A stretch of DNA of 64,000 nt from Planktothrix sp. GU0601_MAG3 (GCA_035193785.1 CP136572.1:1536001-1600000), one strand, 5' to 3'; shown: positions 32,961-44,550, numbered from the stretch's first letter. The notes: generated by a model not told the origin, from the letters alone. Translations and numbers: made by a program.

Positions 32961-33947
32961 TTAATCAAATGAATCAGAGTTCAAAAGACTCAAGCTATTA
33001 CCTAAATTATCATCAAATATTGCACCCCGACTGATTAATTCATCTCTGGTTTGTTTGGCAAGACCTACATTATGTCTAAAATGAGCTTTTTTCACAGTAA
33101 TTTCTTTGATTTTAGTCAAACTTAAATTTGCCAAACTTAAATCAGCAAAATTCAAATTAGCAAAATTCAAATTAGCTTTAAATAGGTTGGCTTTAGTTAA
33201 GTTGGCTCGACTTAAATTACTCCCAATTAGTTTAGTATTGGTGAGGTTAGCTCGACTTAAATTGGCTCCTATCAAATTAGCTTGATTTAAGTTAGCTTCG
33301 GTCAAATTAGTTTTAGCCAAATTCACTTGACTTAGGTTAGCTTCACTCAAATTCGCATGACTTAAATTAGCCTGACTCAGATTTGCTCCCATCAGATAAG
33401 CTCGACTCAAGTTAATTCCACTCAAGTCAACTCCTTGTAAATTGGCTTTGCTCAAATAGACTTGATGCAGGTTGGCTTCCGCCAGGTTTGTATTGCCTAA
33501 ATAGACCCCACTGAGATAGGCTTTACTCAAGTTGGCTCCACTTAAATTGGTTTGACTCAGGTAAGCTTCAGTTAGGTCAGCTTCTCTGAGATTAGCTGCG
33601 GTTAAATCAGCACCAATTAAGTTAGAATTACTCAGGTTAGCTCCTGTTAAATCGGCATTCTTGAGGTTTGCTCCCATCAAGTTAACGCCCTTTAAATTGG
33701 CATGACTTAAATTAGCTTGACTTAAATTAGCTTCTGTCAGGTTAACATGGCTGAGGTTAGCTTGACTGAGATTAACCTGTCTTAAATCGGCTTGGGTTAA
33801 ATCAATACCCTGTAAATTAATCCCAATTAAATCATGGTTAGCATCAATACCAACAAGTTTAGCTAATGCTAATAAATTATTAGTCTCCGCATGAATCAGG
33901 GTTTTAATCTGGTTTTTTATTTTTTCTTTGAACTCTTGATCATTCAT
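32961..33947 (-). CDS. Pentapeptide-repeat protein
   Basis: Long run of A(N/D)L(S/T)x pentapeptides. Confidence 0.93.
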   Translation of the reverse strand: MNDQEFKEKIKNQIKTLIHAETNNLLALAKLVGIDANHDLIGINLQGIDLTQADLRQVNLSQANLSHVNLTEANLSQANLSHANLKGVNLMGANLKNADLTGANLSNSNLIGADLTAANLREADLTEAYLSQTNLSGANLSKAYLSGVYLGNTNLAEANLHQVYLSKANLQGVDLSGINLSRAYLMGANLSQANLSHANLSEANLSQVNLAKTNLTEANLNQANLIGANLSRANLTNTKLIGSNLSRANLTKANLFKANLNFANLNFADLSLANLSLTKIKEITVKKAHFRHNVGLAKQTRDELISRGAIFDDNLGNSLSLLNSDSFD

Positions 33948-34060
33948 GGTTAAAGCGACCCTTGACTTGAATCATTTTTAAGAGGATGCTCATAAAACAT
34001 GGAAAAATCAATCTGGACATCTTTACTAATATTTTGAGGAAGGAGAAACCTATCTCACTC

Positions 34061-34978
34061 CTATGGCAAATTCCGACTCAATACCGCCTGTCTTAATTGT
34101 CCTTGATGCTGATCTAATAAATCTTGACCGGATACAGCATCTAATCCCGTCCACTGCATTAATAGGGCTAACTTAACGGACTTGCCACTTTTTTCTAATA
34201 AAATTTCAGCCGCGGCTCGATCAATTTCCGTCAAATCCATTAATATTCTTAGGGAGCGATCCTGTAATTTTTTATTAGTCACCGCCACATCAATCATGCG
34301 ATTCCCATAGACTTTTCCCAACTTAACCATCACGCTAGTTGAGAGAATATTTAACGCCATTTTAGTCACCGTTCCGGCTTTTAACCTTGTCGAACCCGCT
34401 AAGATTTCTGGCCCGACTAACAGACGAATATCCACATCCGCCTCAAATTCCACCTGCTCCACCGGAACACAAGCAATAAATACGGTTTTGGCTCCCCGTT
34501 GACGAGCCGCTTGTAACGCCCCCTGGACAAAGGGAGTCGTCCCTCCAGCCGTAATTCCCACCACCACATCTAAATGGGTAATTTGACGCAGGGCGATCGA
34601 CGTCGCCCCATCTTCGGCTCGATCTTCCAAATCTTCCGAACTGCGAACTAAAGCCCCGGCTCCCCCCGCAATAATGCCCTGAACCAGTTCCGGGGGAGTA
34701 CAGAAGGTGGGGGGACATTCGGCCGCATCCAAAACCCCTAAACGGCCACTGGTGCCCGCCCCAACGTAAAATAGATGCCCCCCCTGGAGCAGTGCGGCCG
34801 TGGTCAGATCAATGGCTGCGGCCAGGGATTCACGGGAACGGGCAATGGCTAACAAAGTTTGGACATCTTCCCGATTGAACAAATCCACCAACTCCAAGGA
34901 ACTCAGTTGATCTAAGTTCTGACTACTGGCGTTAATTTGCTCGGTTAATAAATGTCCCCGGGACTCCCACTGTTCCAT
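34061..34978 (-). CDS. murQ: N-acetylmuramic acid 6-phosphate etherase
   Basis: GAGTSGRLGVLDAAECPPTF, GPEILAGSTRLKAGT, GKVYGNRM. Confidence 0.96.
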   Translation of the reverse strand: MEQWESRGHLLTEQINASSQNLDQLSSLELVDLFNREDVQTLLAIARSRESLAAAIDLTTAALLQGGHLFYVGAGTSGRLGVLDAAECPPTFCTPPELVQGIIAGGAGALVRSSEDLEDRAEDGATSIALRQITHLDVVVGITAGGTTPFVQGALQAARQRGAKTVFIACVPVEQVEFEADVDIRLLVGPEILAGSTRLKAGTVTKMALNILSTSVMVKLGKVYGNRMIDVAVTNKKLQDRSLRILMDLTEIDRAAAEILLEKSGKSVKLALLMQWTGLDAVSGQDLLDQHQGQLRQAVLSRNLP

Positions 34979-35016
34979 ATTTAACTCAACCTTTGATTTT
35001 TACTATTGGGTCGCAC

Positions 35017-35385
35017 CTATAATAAACCTTCTAGTCGTTTGCGAATATCATCTAGTTCGGGCGAGACAAAATCTGTATCTTCGGATTTGTCTTCCTCGAT
35101 TTGCCAGTCCATTTGATCAACGTTATGTTCAGGGGGAATGGCCAACTCTCCAGACCCAACCCGTTCCCAGTCATAGTCAACCGAAACGCAAAATTCCTTG
35201 ATTTCTTCCTCGTCAATGGCTTCTATCGTAGCTGTGGGAAAATCCTGAGCTTCCAGAAGTATGCCAAAGCGGGCGGCATCGTCCTCATCTTCAAATATTA
35301 ACACCTTATTGCGATCGCCCATCTGAATCGTATGAATTCCTTCATTTTCTGTTCCAGCGTTGAACAGTAGTACATAAACTCGCAT
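35017..35385 (-). CDS. DUF3110-family protein
   Basis: VYVLLFNAGTENEGIH, FEDEDDA.RF..LLEAQDF, RKRLEGLL. Confidence 0.85.
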   Translation of the reverse strand: MRVYVLLFNAGTENEGIHTIQMGDRNKVLIFEDEDDAARFGILLEAQDFPTATIEAIDEEEIKEFCVSVDYDWERVGSGELAIPPEHNVDQMDWQIEEDKSEDTDFVSPELDDIRKRLEGLL

Positions 35386-35531
35386 AGCTTTAGATGAAGT
35401 TGTGATCACTATTGCCTTCCCATTTTACTCCCAAAGGGGGAGATTTTTGACAAGGGGGATCAGATTGTTTGGGTTCCCCGTCTTAGGTAAGATGAAATGG
35501 ATCGGAAAACTTATATTTTTTCAAACAATCA

Positions 35532-36659
35532 ATGCAGTTGGTTAATTTAGCTTCCCAATCCCTAGCTCTAAAACAGTTTATTCAAGATCAAACCCTATTT
35601 CCTGATACTTTTAATTCGGCAATTTGTGATCAGGATGAAATGTATTTATTTGCCTTGGCGAATCACGGTACACCCGATCGCGCCTGTATTCGTTATTATT
35701 TTAATGGACGTCGAATTTTAGATACGGTCAGACAGGTTTTAAAGTGGCAGTTTGGACAATTAGATCGGATTTCGTCCTGCTTGGATTTTGCCAGTGGTTA
35801 TGGTCGTTTTACCCGTTTTTTAGTTCAGGATATATCCCCCAAAAATATTTGGATTTCCGATATTTATGCCCAGGCGGTGCAGTTTCAAATCGAACAATTC
35901 GGGGTGCAGGGAATTGTTTCTACCACCTATCCCCAGGACTATCCGATCCAACAATCCTTTGATTGTATTTTAGCCTGTTCGTTTTTTAGTCATCTTCCTG
36001 AAGCTACCTTTTTAACTTGGTTACAAAAACTCTATTCTTTATTATCTCCCCAAGGAATATTAATGTTTAGTGTTCATGGTCGGGACTTATTACCCCCCCA
36101 TTTAGCTATTTATCCCTCAGATATTTTATTTATTCCCAATAGTGAAAGTAGAAGTTTAGATATGAATGAATATGGAACCAGTTATGTTGGTGAAAGTTTC
36201 GTAGCACAGAGTTTACAAATAATTAGCCAAGGGGAAGCAGTTTATTCTCGAATTCCTAAAGGAATTTGTGGTTATCAAGATTTATATTTAGTCACCCGTA
36301 CCCCTCAAAAATCCCTATCTTCCCTAAAATTTATTCACCATCCCCAGGGAAAAATAGAACGGTGTGAATTAACCCCAGAGGGAAATCTGTTATTAACCGG
36401 AAGCATCTTAGAAATTAATCCCAACGGTCAATTAGATTCCATTCTTATTTCAATTAATGGCAGATTAGTTCAAAATGGTTTATTTTCTGTGAAACCCCAT
36501 CATTCCGATGCTCAATGGTCTTGGTCTTATCAATTTCCCCTCACGGAAATTTCCCAGCAAGATATTATCTTAATTAAGGGGGTCAACACCCAAGGATTTG
36601 AATGGATTTTTGAAACAACAACCCTAGAAAATTTAATTCAATCCCACACTATACCATAA
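35532..36659 (+). CDS. Class I SAM-dependent methyltransferase
   Basis: LDFASGYGRFTR, FDCILACSFFSHLP. Confidence 0.82.
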   Translation: MQLVNLASQSLALKQFIQDQTLFPDTFNSAICDQDEMYLFALANHGTPDRACIRYYFNGRRILDTVRQVLKWQFGQLDRISSCLDFASGYGRFTRFLVQDISPKNIWISDIYAQAVQFQIEQFGVQGIVSTTYPQDYPIQQSFDCILACSFFSHLPEATFLTWLQKLYSLLSPQGILMFSVHGRDLLPPHLAIYPSDILFIPNSESRSLDMNEYGTSYVGESFVAQSLQIISQGEAVYSRIPKGICGYQDLYLVTRTPQKSLSSLKFIHHPQGKIERCELTPEGNLLLTGSILEINPNGQLDSILISINGRLVQNGLFSVKPHHSDAQWSWSYQFPLTEISQQDIILIKGVNTQGFEWIFETTTLENLIQSHTIP

Positions 36660-36888
36660 TTAAAGACCTCGATCCCATCAGCCGTTAGCCCTTTAAACGA
36701 CCTATACCAAACATTGTCAAAAACCATCCTGATTCTTTATGTTAACCGGAGTCTAATGATTAAGAGGAGCAGAGTGAAAAAACAACACAACCATTTATAG
36801 AAAAGTTTGTAAGGTATAAAAAATAGTGAATTAAGTGTAAAATGTTGTTTTTATTCTTACCCTTGCTTGTTGTTTACCATTAAGTACA

Positions 36889-37681
36889 ATGTCAAACTTT
36901 CCATCTGTATCTATTCCTGTGGCCAGAGAAACCAACACTGCTACCCCAGCCATTATTGTGTTTAACGATGAAGTGGATACACTCATCGGTGGTGAAGGTG
37001 CAGACTCCTTCTTTTTACGCCGCAATGGGGATCAAATTGCACCATTAACCCCTGCTGCATCACTGATTGGGACAAAAAATAATGATATTTTAGAAGGAAA
37101 CAGCGCTTCGTGATGTGATTGCTGGTCGAGATGGAAATGACACGATTATTGGTTTCCTGGGGGATGATTTTCTTGAAGGACAAAATGGGGATGATATTCT
37201 ATTTTCCGGTCGAGGGAATGATTTACTCATCGGAAGTAATGGGGTTGATACTCTGTTTGGTGATATCGGAATTGATACGGTTTATGGGGGGCCAGACCTC
37301 GATCTAGTATTTGGGAATAATGACGAGGATACGCTATTTGGTGATGGTGAAGATGACTCCATTTATGGCGGTCAAGGCAATGATAGTTTAATTGGTGGGA
37401 CAGGAAAAGATTTACTCTTAGGCGACCGAGGTAATGATACCCTGGTGGGCATTTCTAATGATAATTTAGGCTATACCCTGATTACGGATTTTAATGGGGA
37501 TGAAGATAAGTTACTCTTAGCCGGAACTCCAGATTTATATACTATTGGTAGTTTGCCCGCTAATGTACCTTCAGGAGTCGCAGTGTTCAAACTGAATGCA
37601 AATGGGTCACAACAGTTATTAGCCGTTGTTCAAGGGAATATTGCATCAACATTAGACAGTAATCAATATGTGTTTCTTTAA
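36889..37681 (+). CDS. RTX/hemolysin-type calcium-binding protein (apparent +1 frameshift at 37097-37101)
   Basis: GGxGxD nonapeptides; repaired LEGTALRDVIAGRDGND. Confidence 0.75.
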
Positions 37682-37715
37682 TTCATAATTAACTCAGAAT
37701 AGGTGAATGATTAAT

Positions 37716-37742
37716 TAGGGGTAATTCATGGATTGCCCCTAC
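37716..37742. repeat. Short REP-like palindrome ending in CCCCTAC
   Basis: TAGGGGTAATTCATGGATTGCCCCTAC between convergent genes. Confidence 0.6.
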
Positions 37743-37743
37743 C

Positions 37744-38349
37744 CTATTCCCTATTCCCTAATGCTATATCCTGATTTTTTGAGGTGATCATTCTTCGATT
37801 TCTGAGTCTTTTTTTATCGTCTTCTATCGTATATTCTTCTAAATCATCATCTTGAGTGGAAAGAGAATCTAGCCTTGCTTGTATTCCTTGAATCGTTTCT
37901 TCGGTGACTTGAAAAGAATCCTGAAGATCATAAACAATGTCCTGCGCCTCACCAATTTTGGCATAAAATTCAGGAATAAAATCATCTTTAAGCGTCTCTA
38001 AATGTTGGGAGAATTTGCGACTATCTCGGGTAATTTTAAAAAACAAAATTAAAATACTTAAAACACTAGCAGTGGGAATTAAAACAGCAACTAAAATCCA
38101 AGTTGATAATAAAGGGTTAACTCGCCTAAAACTTTGGGAAATTTCCGTTTGAACTAAATCTCGGATTAAAATGCGATACCGCCTGGTGGTATCTATACCA
38201 TCGCCGCTAGTATAGGATATTGCCAAGGAATTGTCGGACAGGTGATTGATTAAATCTTGAGATTTAGAGGATTCATAATCCAATAAACTCGGAAAAAAAA
38301 CACTTAAACAAACGGAAAAACCAAGAAAAATTAATTCAATTATATTCAT
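37744..38349 (-). CDS. Hypothetical membrane/coiled-coil protein, resembles the N-terminal part of the adjacent TPR protein
   Basis: VQTEISQSFRR + TM + coiled coil vs VENQVDNTFRR + TM + coiled coil. Confidence 0.6.
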   Translation of the reverse strand: MNIIELIFLGFSVCLSVFFPSLLDYESSKSQDLINHLSDNSLAISYTSGDGIDTTRRYRILIRDLVQTEISQSFRRVNPLLSTWILVAVLIPTASVLSILILFFKITRDSRKFSQHLETLKDDFIPEFYAKIGEAQDIVYDLQDSFQVTEETIQGIQARLDSLSTQDDDLEEYTIEDDKKRLRNRRMITSKNQDIALGNRE

Positions 38350-38362
38350 TTAACTGCAATAA

Positions 38363-39718
38363 TTAGGAGTCAAAATTCAACTTTTTAAAGTTTTTATCCT
38401 GTCGAATCGGGTCAAAATCCGTTTCCCGTTTCACTAACTTTTGACAGGCTTCGGGATTTAACCTTATTGCCCGTTTTAGATTTTCCAGGGCTAACTCGAT
38501 TTGACCTTGAACCGCATAACATCGGGCTTTATTATACCAAATTCTGTAAAAATCAGGACGAATTTTAGCCGCTTGATTATAGGATGAAATCGCCTCATCA
38601 TACTTTTGCAGTTTAGCTAAAGCAAAGCCCCGATTATTCCAGGCATCCATATAATTAGACTTTAAATCAATAGCCCGTTGATAAGATAAAATCGCGGCCT
38701 CATAATGATTGAGTTTTCCTAAAGCCACCCCTCGATTATTCCAAGCATCGGCATAATTGTATCGCAATTGAATCGCTCTTTCATAGGAGACAATCGCCTC
38801 ATGATACCGTTGTAATCGAGTTAGTGCTACCCCGCGATTATTCCAAACTTCTGCTAAATCCGGTTTGAATTTTAACCCCTCATCATAACTTTGAACAGCC
38901 CCTTCTAAATCCCCTTCTAAAAATAATTTATCTCCCTGTTTGGCTAAACTAATTGCTTGTCTAAGTTGTTCTTCTGGTTCAACTTCTGAGGCTGAAGTTT
39001 CCGCCTCCGTTGTCTCGGAAGATTTTTCCCCAACTTCGGTTTTTTCAGTTTCTGAAGAAGATGGTAAGACAACCGGGATTAAAATATTCTCGGAATTATC
39101 AACCGGGGATGCTGTTTCAACTGTAGCGGATTGATGATTGGTTTCGGATAATAATTCTCCCATCTCTGAAGGGGATTCATTTTTTTCTGATTGTTCAATC
39201 AAAGCCGCTTCAATGACTGGTAAGGGAGTTTGAGTTGTTAGAGTTTGTAAGGTTTCATGGGCTAAATCATTTTTATTTTGCAATTGATATAAAATTTGTC
39301 TAGCTTCGGTAAGTACCCGTTCCATCTCCGTCAGGGTATCGGTTTTGAGACTTTCAATTTCCTGCTCTGCGGATGCCGTTTGTTGGGCTAATTTTTTTAA
39401 TAAAAACCAAACTCCACAGGCTGCGATCGTATTCAACAGCAGTAACAATAGTAAAATTAAACTTAATAATGCCAGATAGCGACGGAAAGTATTATCAACC
39501 TGATTTTCTACTTGATTTTTAATCTCTTGTTCCTGGACAGAAGATTCTGATAACGGGGAATTTTGAGCCACCGAATGTGTGGATAAGGCGGTAAAAAACA
39601 GTAAAATAGTAGCGGTAGCGATCGGGCTCCATTGATCAAATAGCTTAGGTGTGAGCTTCCCAACTGTCCCAAATCGACAAAAGGCGAAGGTGAGCGCAAA
39701 TTTGTTTTTGTTTTTCAT
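38363..39718 (-). CDS. Membrane-anchored TPR protein
   Basis: Repeated WNNRG.AL..L..Y.EAI.SY; WYNKARCYA. Confidence 0.9.
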   Translation of the reverse strand: MKNKNKFALTFAFCRFGTVGKLTPKLFDQWSPIATATILLFFTALSTHSVAQNSPLSESSVQEQEIKNQVENQVDNTFRRYLALLSLILLLLLLLNTIAACGVWFLLKKLAQQTASAEQEIESLKTDTLTEMERVLTEARQILYQLQNKNDLAHETLQTLTTQTPLPVIEAALIEQSEKNESPSEMGELLSETNHQSATVETASPVDNSENILIPVVLPSSSETEKTEVGEKSSETTEAETSASEVEPEEQLRQAISLAKQGDKLFLEGDLEGAVQSYDEGLKFKPDLAEVWNNRGVALTRLQRYHEAIVSYERAIQLRYNYADAWNNRGVALGKLNHYEAAILSYQRAIDLKSNYMDAWNNRGFALAKLQKYDEAISSYNQAAKIRPDFYRIWYNKARCYAVQGQIELALENLKRAIRLNPEACQKLVKRETDFDPIRQDKNFKKLNFDS

Positions 39719-39805
39719 ATCATCTAAGCGTTAATTGAGGAAATCCAAATTGGAGATCCCCAGGATCAAATTATTGAAGAACAGCAAGAATTAAGAAATA
39801 TTATC

Positions 39806-40423
39806 ATGTCTGAGTGGATCGAGATCGGGACTATTGTTGCGGCCCACGGGTTAACAGGAGAAGTGCGGGTTTATCCCAATTCGGATTTTCCTGAACGATT
39901 TATTGAACCCGGACAGCGCTGGTTATTACATCCCGGACAAACTGAACCTGAACCCGTGGAATTTTTGGGCGGCTATTTAATGCCCAGTAAGGGCATTTAT
40001 GTAGTTGAAATCGAAGGAATTGAAGATCGAAATCAGGCGGAGGCGTTACAGGGCTGTCCATTATTGATTACCGACCAAGATCGTCCCTATTTAGAGGAAG
40101 GCGAATTTTATGTTTTAGATTTAATTGGGTTGGAAGTCTTCGACCAAAGAAAAGCGGAAGTGATTGGAAAAGTCATAGATGTGATTTCCGCCGGGAATGA
40201 TTTACTGGAAGTGGAGTTAAATTCCCCAACTCCTACCCAAGATACCCTCGTTTCTGAACCAATGCCCGAGGGGGTTCATCGTAAATCTAAAAAGAAACGT
40301 AAACCTAAACCCCTACCTACGGTTTTGATTCCCTTTGTTAAAGAGATTGTTCCTATTGTGGATTTAGAACAAAAACGGATTGAAATTACCCCGCCATCTG
40401 GGTTAATTGAGGAAACGGTGTGA
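39806..40423 (+). CDS. rimM: Ribosome maturation factor RimM
   Basis: IGTIVAAHGLTGEVRV, EFYVLDLIG, AGNDLLEV, LIPFVKEIVP. Confidence 0.95.
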   Translation: MSEWIEIGTIVAAHGLTGEVRVYPNSDFPERFIEPGQRWLLHPGQTEPEPVEFLGGYLMPSKGIYVVEIEGIEDRNQAEALQGCPLLITDQDRPYLEEGEFYVLDLIGLEVFDQRKAEVIGKVIDVISAGNDLLEVELNSPTPTQDTLVSEPMPEGVHRKSKKKRKPKPLPTVLIPFVKEIVPIVDLEQKRIEITPPSGLIEETV

Positions 40424-40484
40424 ACTAAATCTTTTCTTAACAGGCTGTGTGATAGACTCTAATCTTGCTGTCTGAGATCTTGCC

Positions 40485-40755
40485 ATGACTGACTTAATTA
40501 ACGATTCACTAGAAAACCTACCGCGCGAGGTTAGGGTGAACCAACTTCGCAATTTGATCGAAACCCTGCATATTGCTGATGAAATTGCTACCAAGGGCTA
40601 CTTAATCAGTAGTTTCCGAACTGGCTGATCTCATGGATATTAATGCCAGCGCTGTTACCAGTCGAGGGGATAACTGGGCATGGCGCAATTGGGAAGTATC
40701 CAGAGTGCGGCGAGAAGGTAATCAAATTCTCTGGCAGTTGGAACGAGTTAACTAG
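40485..40755 (+). CDS. Small conserved cyanobacterial protein, absent from ORF track (apparent +1 frameshift at 40612-40616)
   Basis: Repaired: MTDLINDSLENLPREVRVNQLRNLIETLHIADEIATKGYLISSSELADLMDINASAVTSRGDNWAWRNWEVSRVRREGNQILWQLERVN. Confidence 0.75.
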
Positions 40756-40839
40756 CAGTTTGCTAACCATTGATTGTTTATTGTCGAGCACTAATTTAGC
40801 CAGACAATAAACAATCGATTTATGGTCAATTTTTAGGTT

Positions 40840-42069
40840 TTAATTCTTTTCATAGGTTCTCCCTCGCCATTGAATTTGAGTTTGAGTTGCTGATATCCAT
40901 AATCTTAATACGGCGACCGGATCAGCTAGGGGAGATAACCAAAATACCCAAGGCATTTGGGCTTGACTCAAATCATAAGATAAGGAAATTGCGGCGGTTA
41001 ATATTATCCGTAGAAACACTAAAAAACCGTTTAATCCTAATAGGGTTGAACTTAAAAAACCGGGTAGGGATAGACTAGAGGAAAAGATGAGATTAATTAG
41101 TAATAATGGTAAGGGTAAAGCCTGAACTGCTAATAAGAGAAATAAATCTCCCCATAGTTGGGTTTTAGAACAAGCATCCTTGAGATCGAGCGATCGCCCC
41201 CAACCTTCCCAAGTATCTTTTAAGCCATCATACATTCTCACTGTTAACAAATTGGCTCCATCTAAAAACCCGACTTTAAAGCCTTGTTGAGCGATATTTC
41301 TAGCTAGGGTAACATCATCACAAAAGGAATTTTTAGCACCTGAATATCCCCCCACTTTTTCTAATACCGAACGCCGACATAAAAAACACTGACCATTCGC
41401 CATAACCCGTTCGGGTTTTTGGGGTGATAAATCCGGTGATCCAAACCGATAAACTAAAGTCATTAATAGGGCAGGTTGTAACCACAATTCCCCCGGATAT
41501 TTCAGAATAAATTTACAGGATAATGATAATAAATCATATTGATTAGCGATCGCAGTTTTCACCACACTCGCCACTAAACCCGGTTGTGGTATAGTATCCG
41601 CATCAATGCCCAAAATCCATTCACTTTTTTCAGAACTATTTAAAAAACCCGTATTTAAAGCCCAAGGACGCCCCACCCATTCTGGAGGTAAAGGATCATC
41701 TAAAATTAGTCTAAATCTGGGATCGGATTTAGCAAATTGCTTAACAATATCTTGGGTTCCATCCTGGGAATGACTATCAACAATTAGGATTTCTCGTACT
41801 TCATAACTTTGCCTTGTTAGCCCTTCTAAACAGGGCGTTACCCGGGCGGCTTCGTTCAAGGTGGGAACGACAATACTCACCTTTCCAAACAGTTCTAAGG
41901 TCGGGTTTTGGGGTTGTAGAGGCGGAACCCGAATCGCCCCTTTGAATAACCGAGATAATAAAATAATTGCGGCGGGAATTTGTAACAGTAATATCACCCC
42001 AAAAAATAATATAACCCAGGAATTAGTCTCGGAAAAATCGGGAATTGTTAACAAAATTGGATGCAACAT
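40840..42069 (-). CDS. cruG: Carotenoid (myxol) 2'-O-glycosyltransferase, GT2
   Basis: VVPTLNEA, WVGRPWAL, IDAD, ANGQCF, FCDDVTLAR; downstream of cruF. Confidence 0.88.
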   Translation of the reverse strand: MLHPILLTIPDFSETNSWVILFFGVILLLQIPAAIILLSRLFKGAIRVPPLQPQNPTLELFGKVSIVVPTLNEAARVTPCLEGLTRQSYEVREILIVDSHSQDGTQDIVKQFAKSDPRFRLILDDPLPPEWVGRPWALNTGFLNSSEKSEWILGIDADTIPQPGLVASVVKTAIANQYDLLSLSCKFILKYPGELWLQPALLMTLVYRFGSPDLSPQKPERVMANGQCFLCRRSVLEKVGGYSGAKNSFCDDVTLARNIAQQGFKVGFLDGANLLTVRMYDGLKDTWEGWGRSLDLKDACSKTQLWGDLFLLLAVQALPLPLLLINLIFSSSLSLPGFLSSTLLGLNGFLVFLRIILTAAISLSYDLSQAQMPWVFWLSPLADPVAVLRLWISATQTQIQWRGRTYEKN

Positions 42070-42147
42070 TAAAATTAGTATATAAGAGAATAGGAAACAC
42101 AAAGGTACAAAGAAGGACAATTAAGAGAATATTAAATATTTTCCCAT

Positions 42148-42174
42148 AAAAAAGAATGGGCAAAGCCCATCCTC
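42148..42174 (-). terminator. Rho-independent terminator-like hairpin between cruF and cruG
   Basis: Minus strand GGATGGGC-TTT-GCCCATTC followed by TTTTTT. Confidence 0.55.
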
Positions 42175-42189
42175 TTTAAATCTTAATGC

Positions 42190-43108
42190 TTACTTTGCAA
42201 CCACTTCAACGGCTGAGGGAGTAATATTATCGCTAGATAATAGACTTTCCATGGTATCTAAAGAGGGTTTAGCATTCCACCAGAAAATGATCGCTGGAAT
42301 CACTCCAAATAGAATACTTAAAGCCACGGGGAACAGGAAGCGAGCATCTAATTCGACAACGGTAATCGCCGCTCCAAAAAAGAAATTGGTGATATAAACA
42401 ATCAGGGGTAAAGTTAATTGGGAGCGAGATAAAGCAATTGGAGTTTTGCGCCAGAAAAATGCCCCGACGCTCATAAAAATAAAGCCCGTTCCCATCCAAC
42501 CCACTAAATTTCTATAGGGCATTCCAAAGAATTCACCCACTTCTTGAAATTGCCAAAAGGGAAAAGTAGCTTGACTCATGGCGGGGTCTAATACTAAGTC
42601 CCAAGCGGTTAGTAATACGGCCCCTAATGCCAAGGCTGAGAGTTGACGTACCCAACTGTCTCCCATTTTTAATTTTAAACCAGCCCGGGCTAACAAATAG
42701 CAAGTTAAGCCCATATAGAACCAAGATAAGGGAATAGTGAAGGGAACCAGTCCGGCGATTTTATAACCTAAACCACTCAAATATTGATAATGACCAAAGG
42801 GAAATCCGGTGCTAGTTCCTAAAAGTTCACTGGATAAGGATAACAATAGGGAGGGAATCATAAAAGCTAAGGTTGTTCCTAGCCCTAAAGTCCTATGGCC
42901 ATATAATGCCAGCGTCGCCGCCCCAAACACAATATAAGCTACGCCTCCGGTCGCCATACTCCAGACGAAGATATTCATCCCCATAGGAGGTAAATTAGCG
43001 ACCAGTTTCAGGGTTTGGGAGAATAAACAATAACCCTGCTAATCCGAATAGGGTTGACACAACGTGAGCCGTGAGGCAAAATCGTTCCGCAATTGACTTG
43101 TGCTTCAT
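42190..43108 (-). CDS. cruF: Gamma-carotene 1'-hydroxylase (apparent +1 frameshift at 43005-43009)
   Basis: SELLGTSTGFPFGHY.Y, VPFTIPLSWFY, WDLVLDPAM, GMPYRN; repaired N-terminus MKHKSIAERFC...FGLAGLL. Confidence 0.88.
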
Positions 43109-43379
43109 GGGACTCCTTGAAAAAGTATTAAGATACGTCAAGCGTTTTGGGTGAATTTTACAAATCTTTAAACAAGGATATACCCTTTTGTGCTAGATCA
43201 GGTGTACTCTCCCCCTGATATCCCCGTAGGATAAGTCTTGTTAATAGTTTGAGTCACCTAGAGGTTGTTTTTGTAATTTAACTTAAGAATTTTAGAATAG
43301 ACGTGCTGCGGTAGGATGGGAGTGCAAATCGGATGTCGGTTTGCATCAACTACGCACGTTTAAAAGGGGAAGTGGTGTA

Positions 43380-44550
43380 ATGGCAGCAGGTTTGAGCCTG
43401 GTAACAACAGCCGCATTAGTTTTACTAGGTTTAGGAACATTGGGGCTAGAAATTCAATATCGTCTGCGTCCGGGGAATAAACTCGAACTGACGCGGGGAG
43501 ACTGGAACCTGGATTTATCCGACGACCGCCATTATGTCTTGAGGGGAGAAATGGACTTTCAGAACCTCACCTCCAACCTGGAGATCATGATACCGGAAGT
43601 TAAAGCCCAACTGACCCTTTTGTCTAAAGCGAGTTTAGACGGGGTGAAACACACCATCAAAGTGATTCCAGCCCATATTGATGCCGACACCCGGGAAGAT
43701 AACTATTGGTTTGGCTATATTGTTAAAGCCAAAAAAACCACTCGAATTAAAGTTTTAATTGAAATTGAAGGGACTGATCTCAGAGCTTTACAATCGGCTT
43801 GGGTGAAAGTTAAGTATCTGACCTACGGGCCAGAAGGACGCATCCCTAAAGTTCGCCACCTTGTCCTACCTCTACAATATCCCGATCCGACCATTCCCCC
43901 CAATAAACGAGTCGTAGAAGGGGTTGCAGAAGTTTATCCGATTCGTACCCATTTATTAACCCATATTGATGATCCCGTTGAGGTGATTAAACGGTATGTA
44001 CTTCCCCATGCTCAAGCCGGGGATATTGTCACCCTGGGAGAAACCCCCGTCGCCCTGATGCAAGGACGATTTTACCATCCTAGCCAAATCAAGCCGGGAT
44101 GGGTAGCCCAACGGGTCTGTTATTTCTTTATGCCCACCTCCAGTTTAGCTACGGCCTGCGGGATGCAAACCTTAGTGGATCAGGTCGGATCAGCCCGGGT
44201 ATTATTTGCTATCGTGGTAGGAACCATCGCCAAACTGCTCGGGAAACCTGGGGTGTTTTATCAATTGGCTGGAGAACAAGCCCGATTGATTGATGATGTG
44301 ACCGGAAACCCTACCCCCCTATGATCAATTTATTGTTCTAGGGCCAGATGATCCTCAAAACGTGGTCAACACCCTACAAAAAGAAACTGGGTTAGGAGCG
44401 GCAATTGTAGACGTGAATGATTTAAAAGCCGTTAAAATATTAGCAGCAACCTCCGGTCTTTCCACGGCTTTGATCGAGCAAGCCTTAAGGAGTAATCCCG
44501 CCGGAAATGCCGATGAGCAAACCCCACTGGTACTCATTCGCCCTTTATAA
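43380..44550 (+). CDS. F420-0:gamma-glutamyl ligase family protein (apparent +1 frameshift at 44305-44309)
   Basis: PIRTHLL, GETPVA, SSLATACG; repaired IDDVTGTLPPYDQ; VDVNDL, NPAGNADEQTP. Confidence 0.85.
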
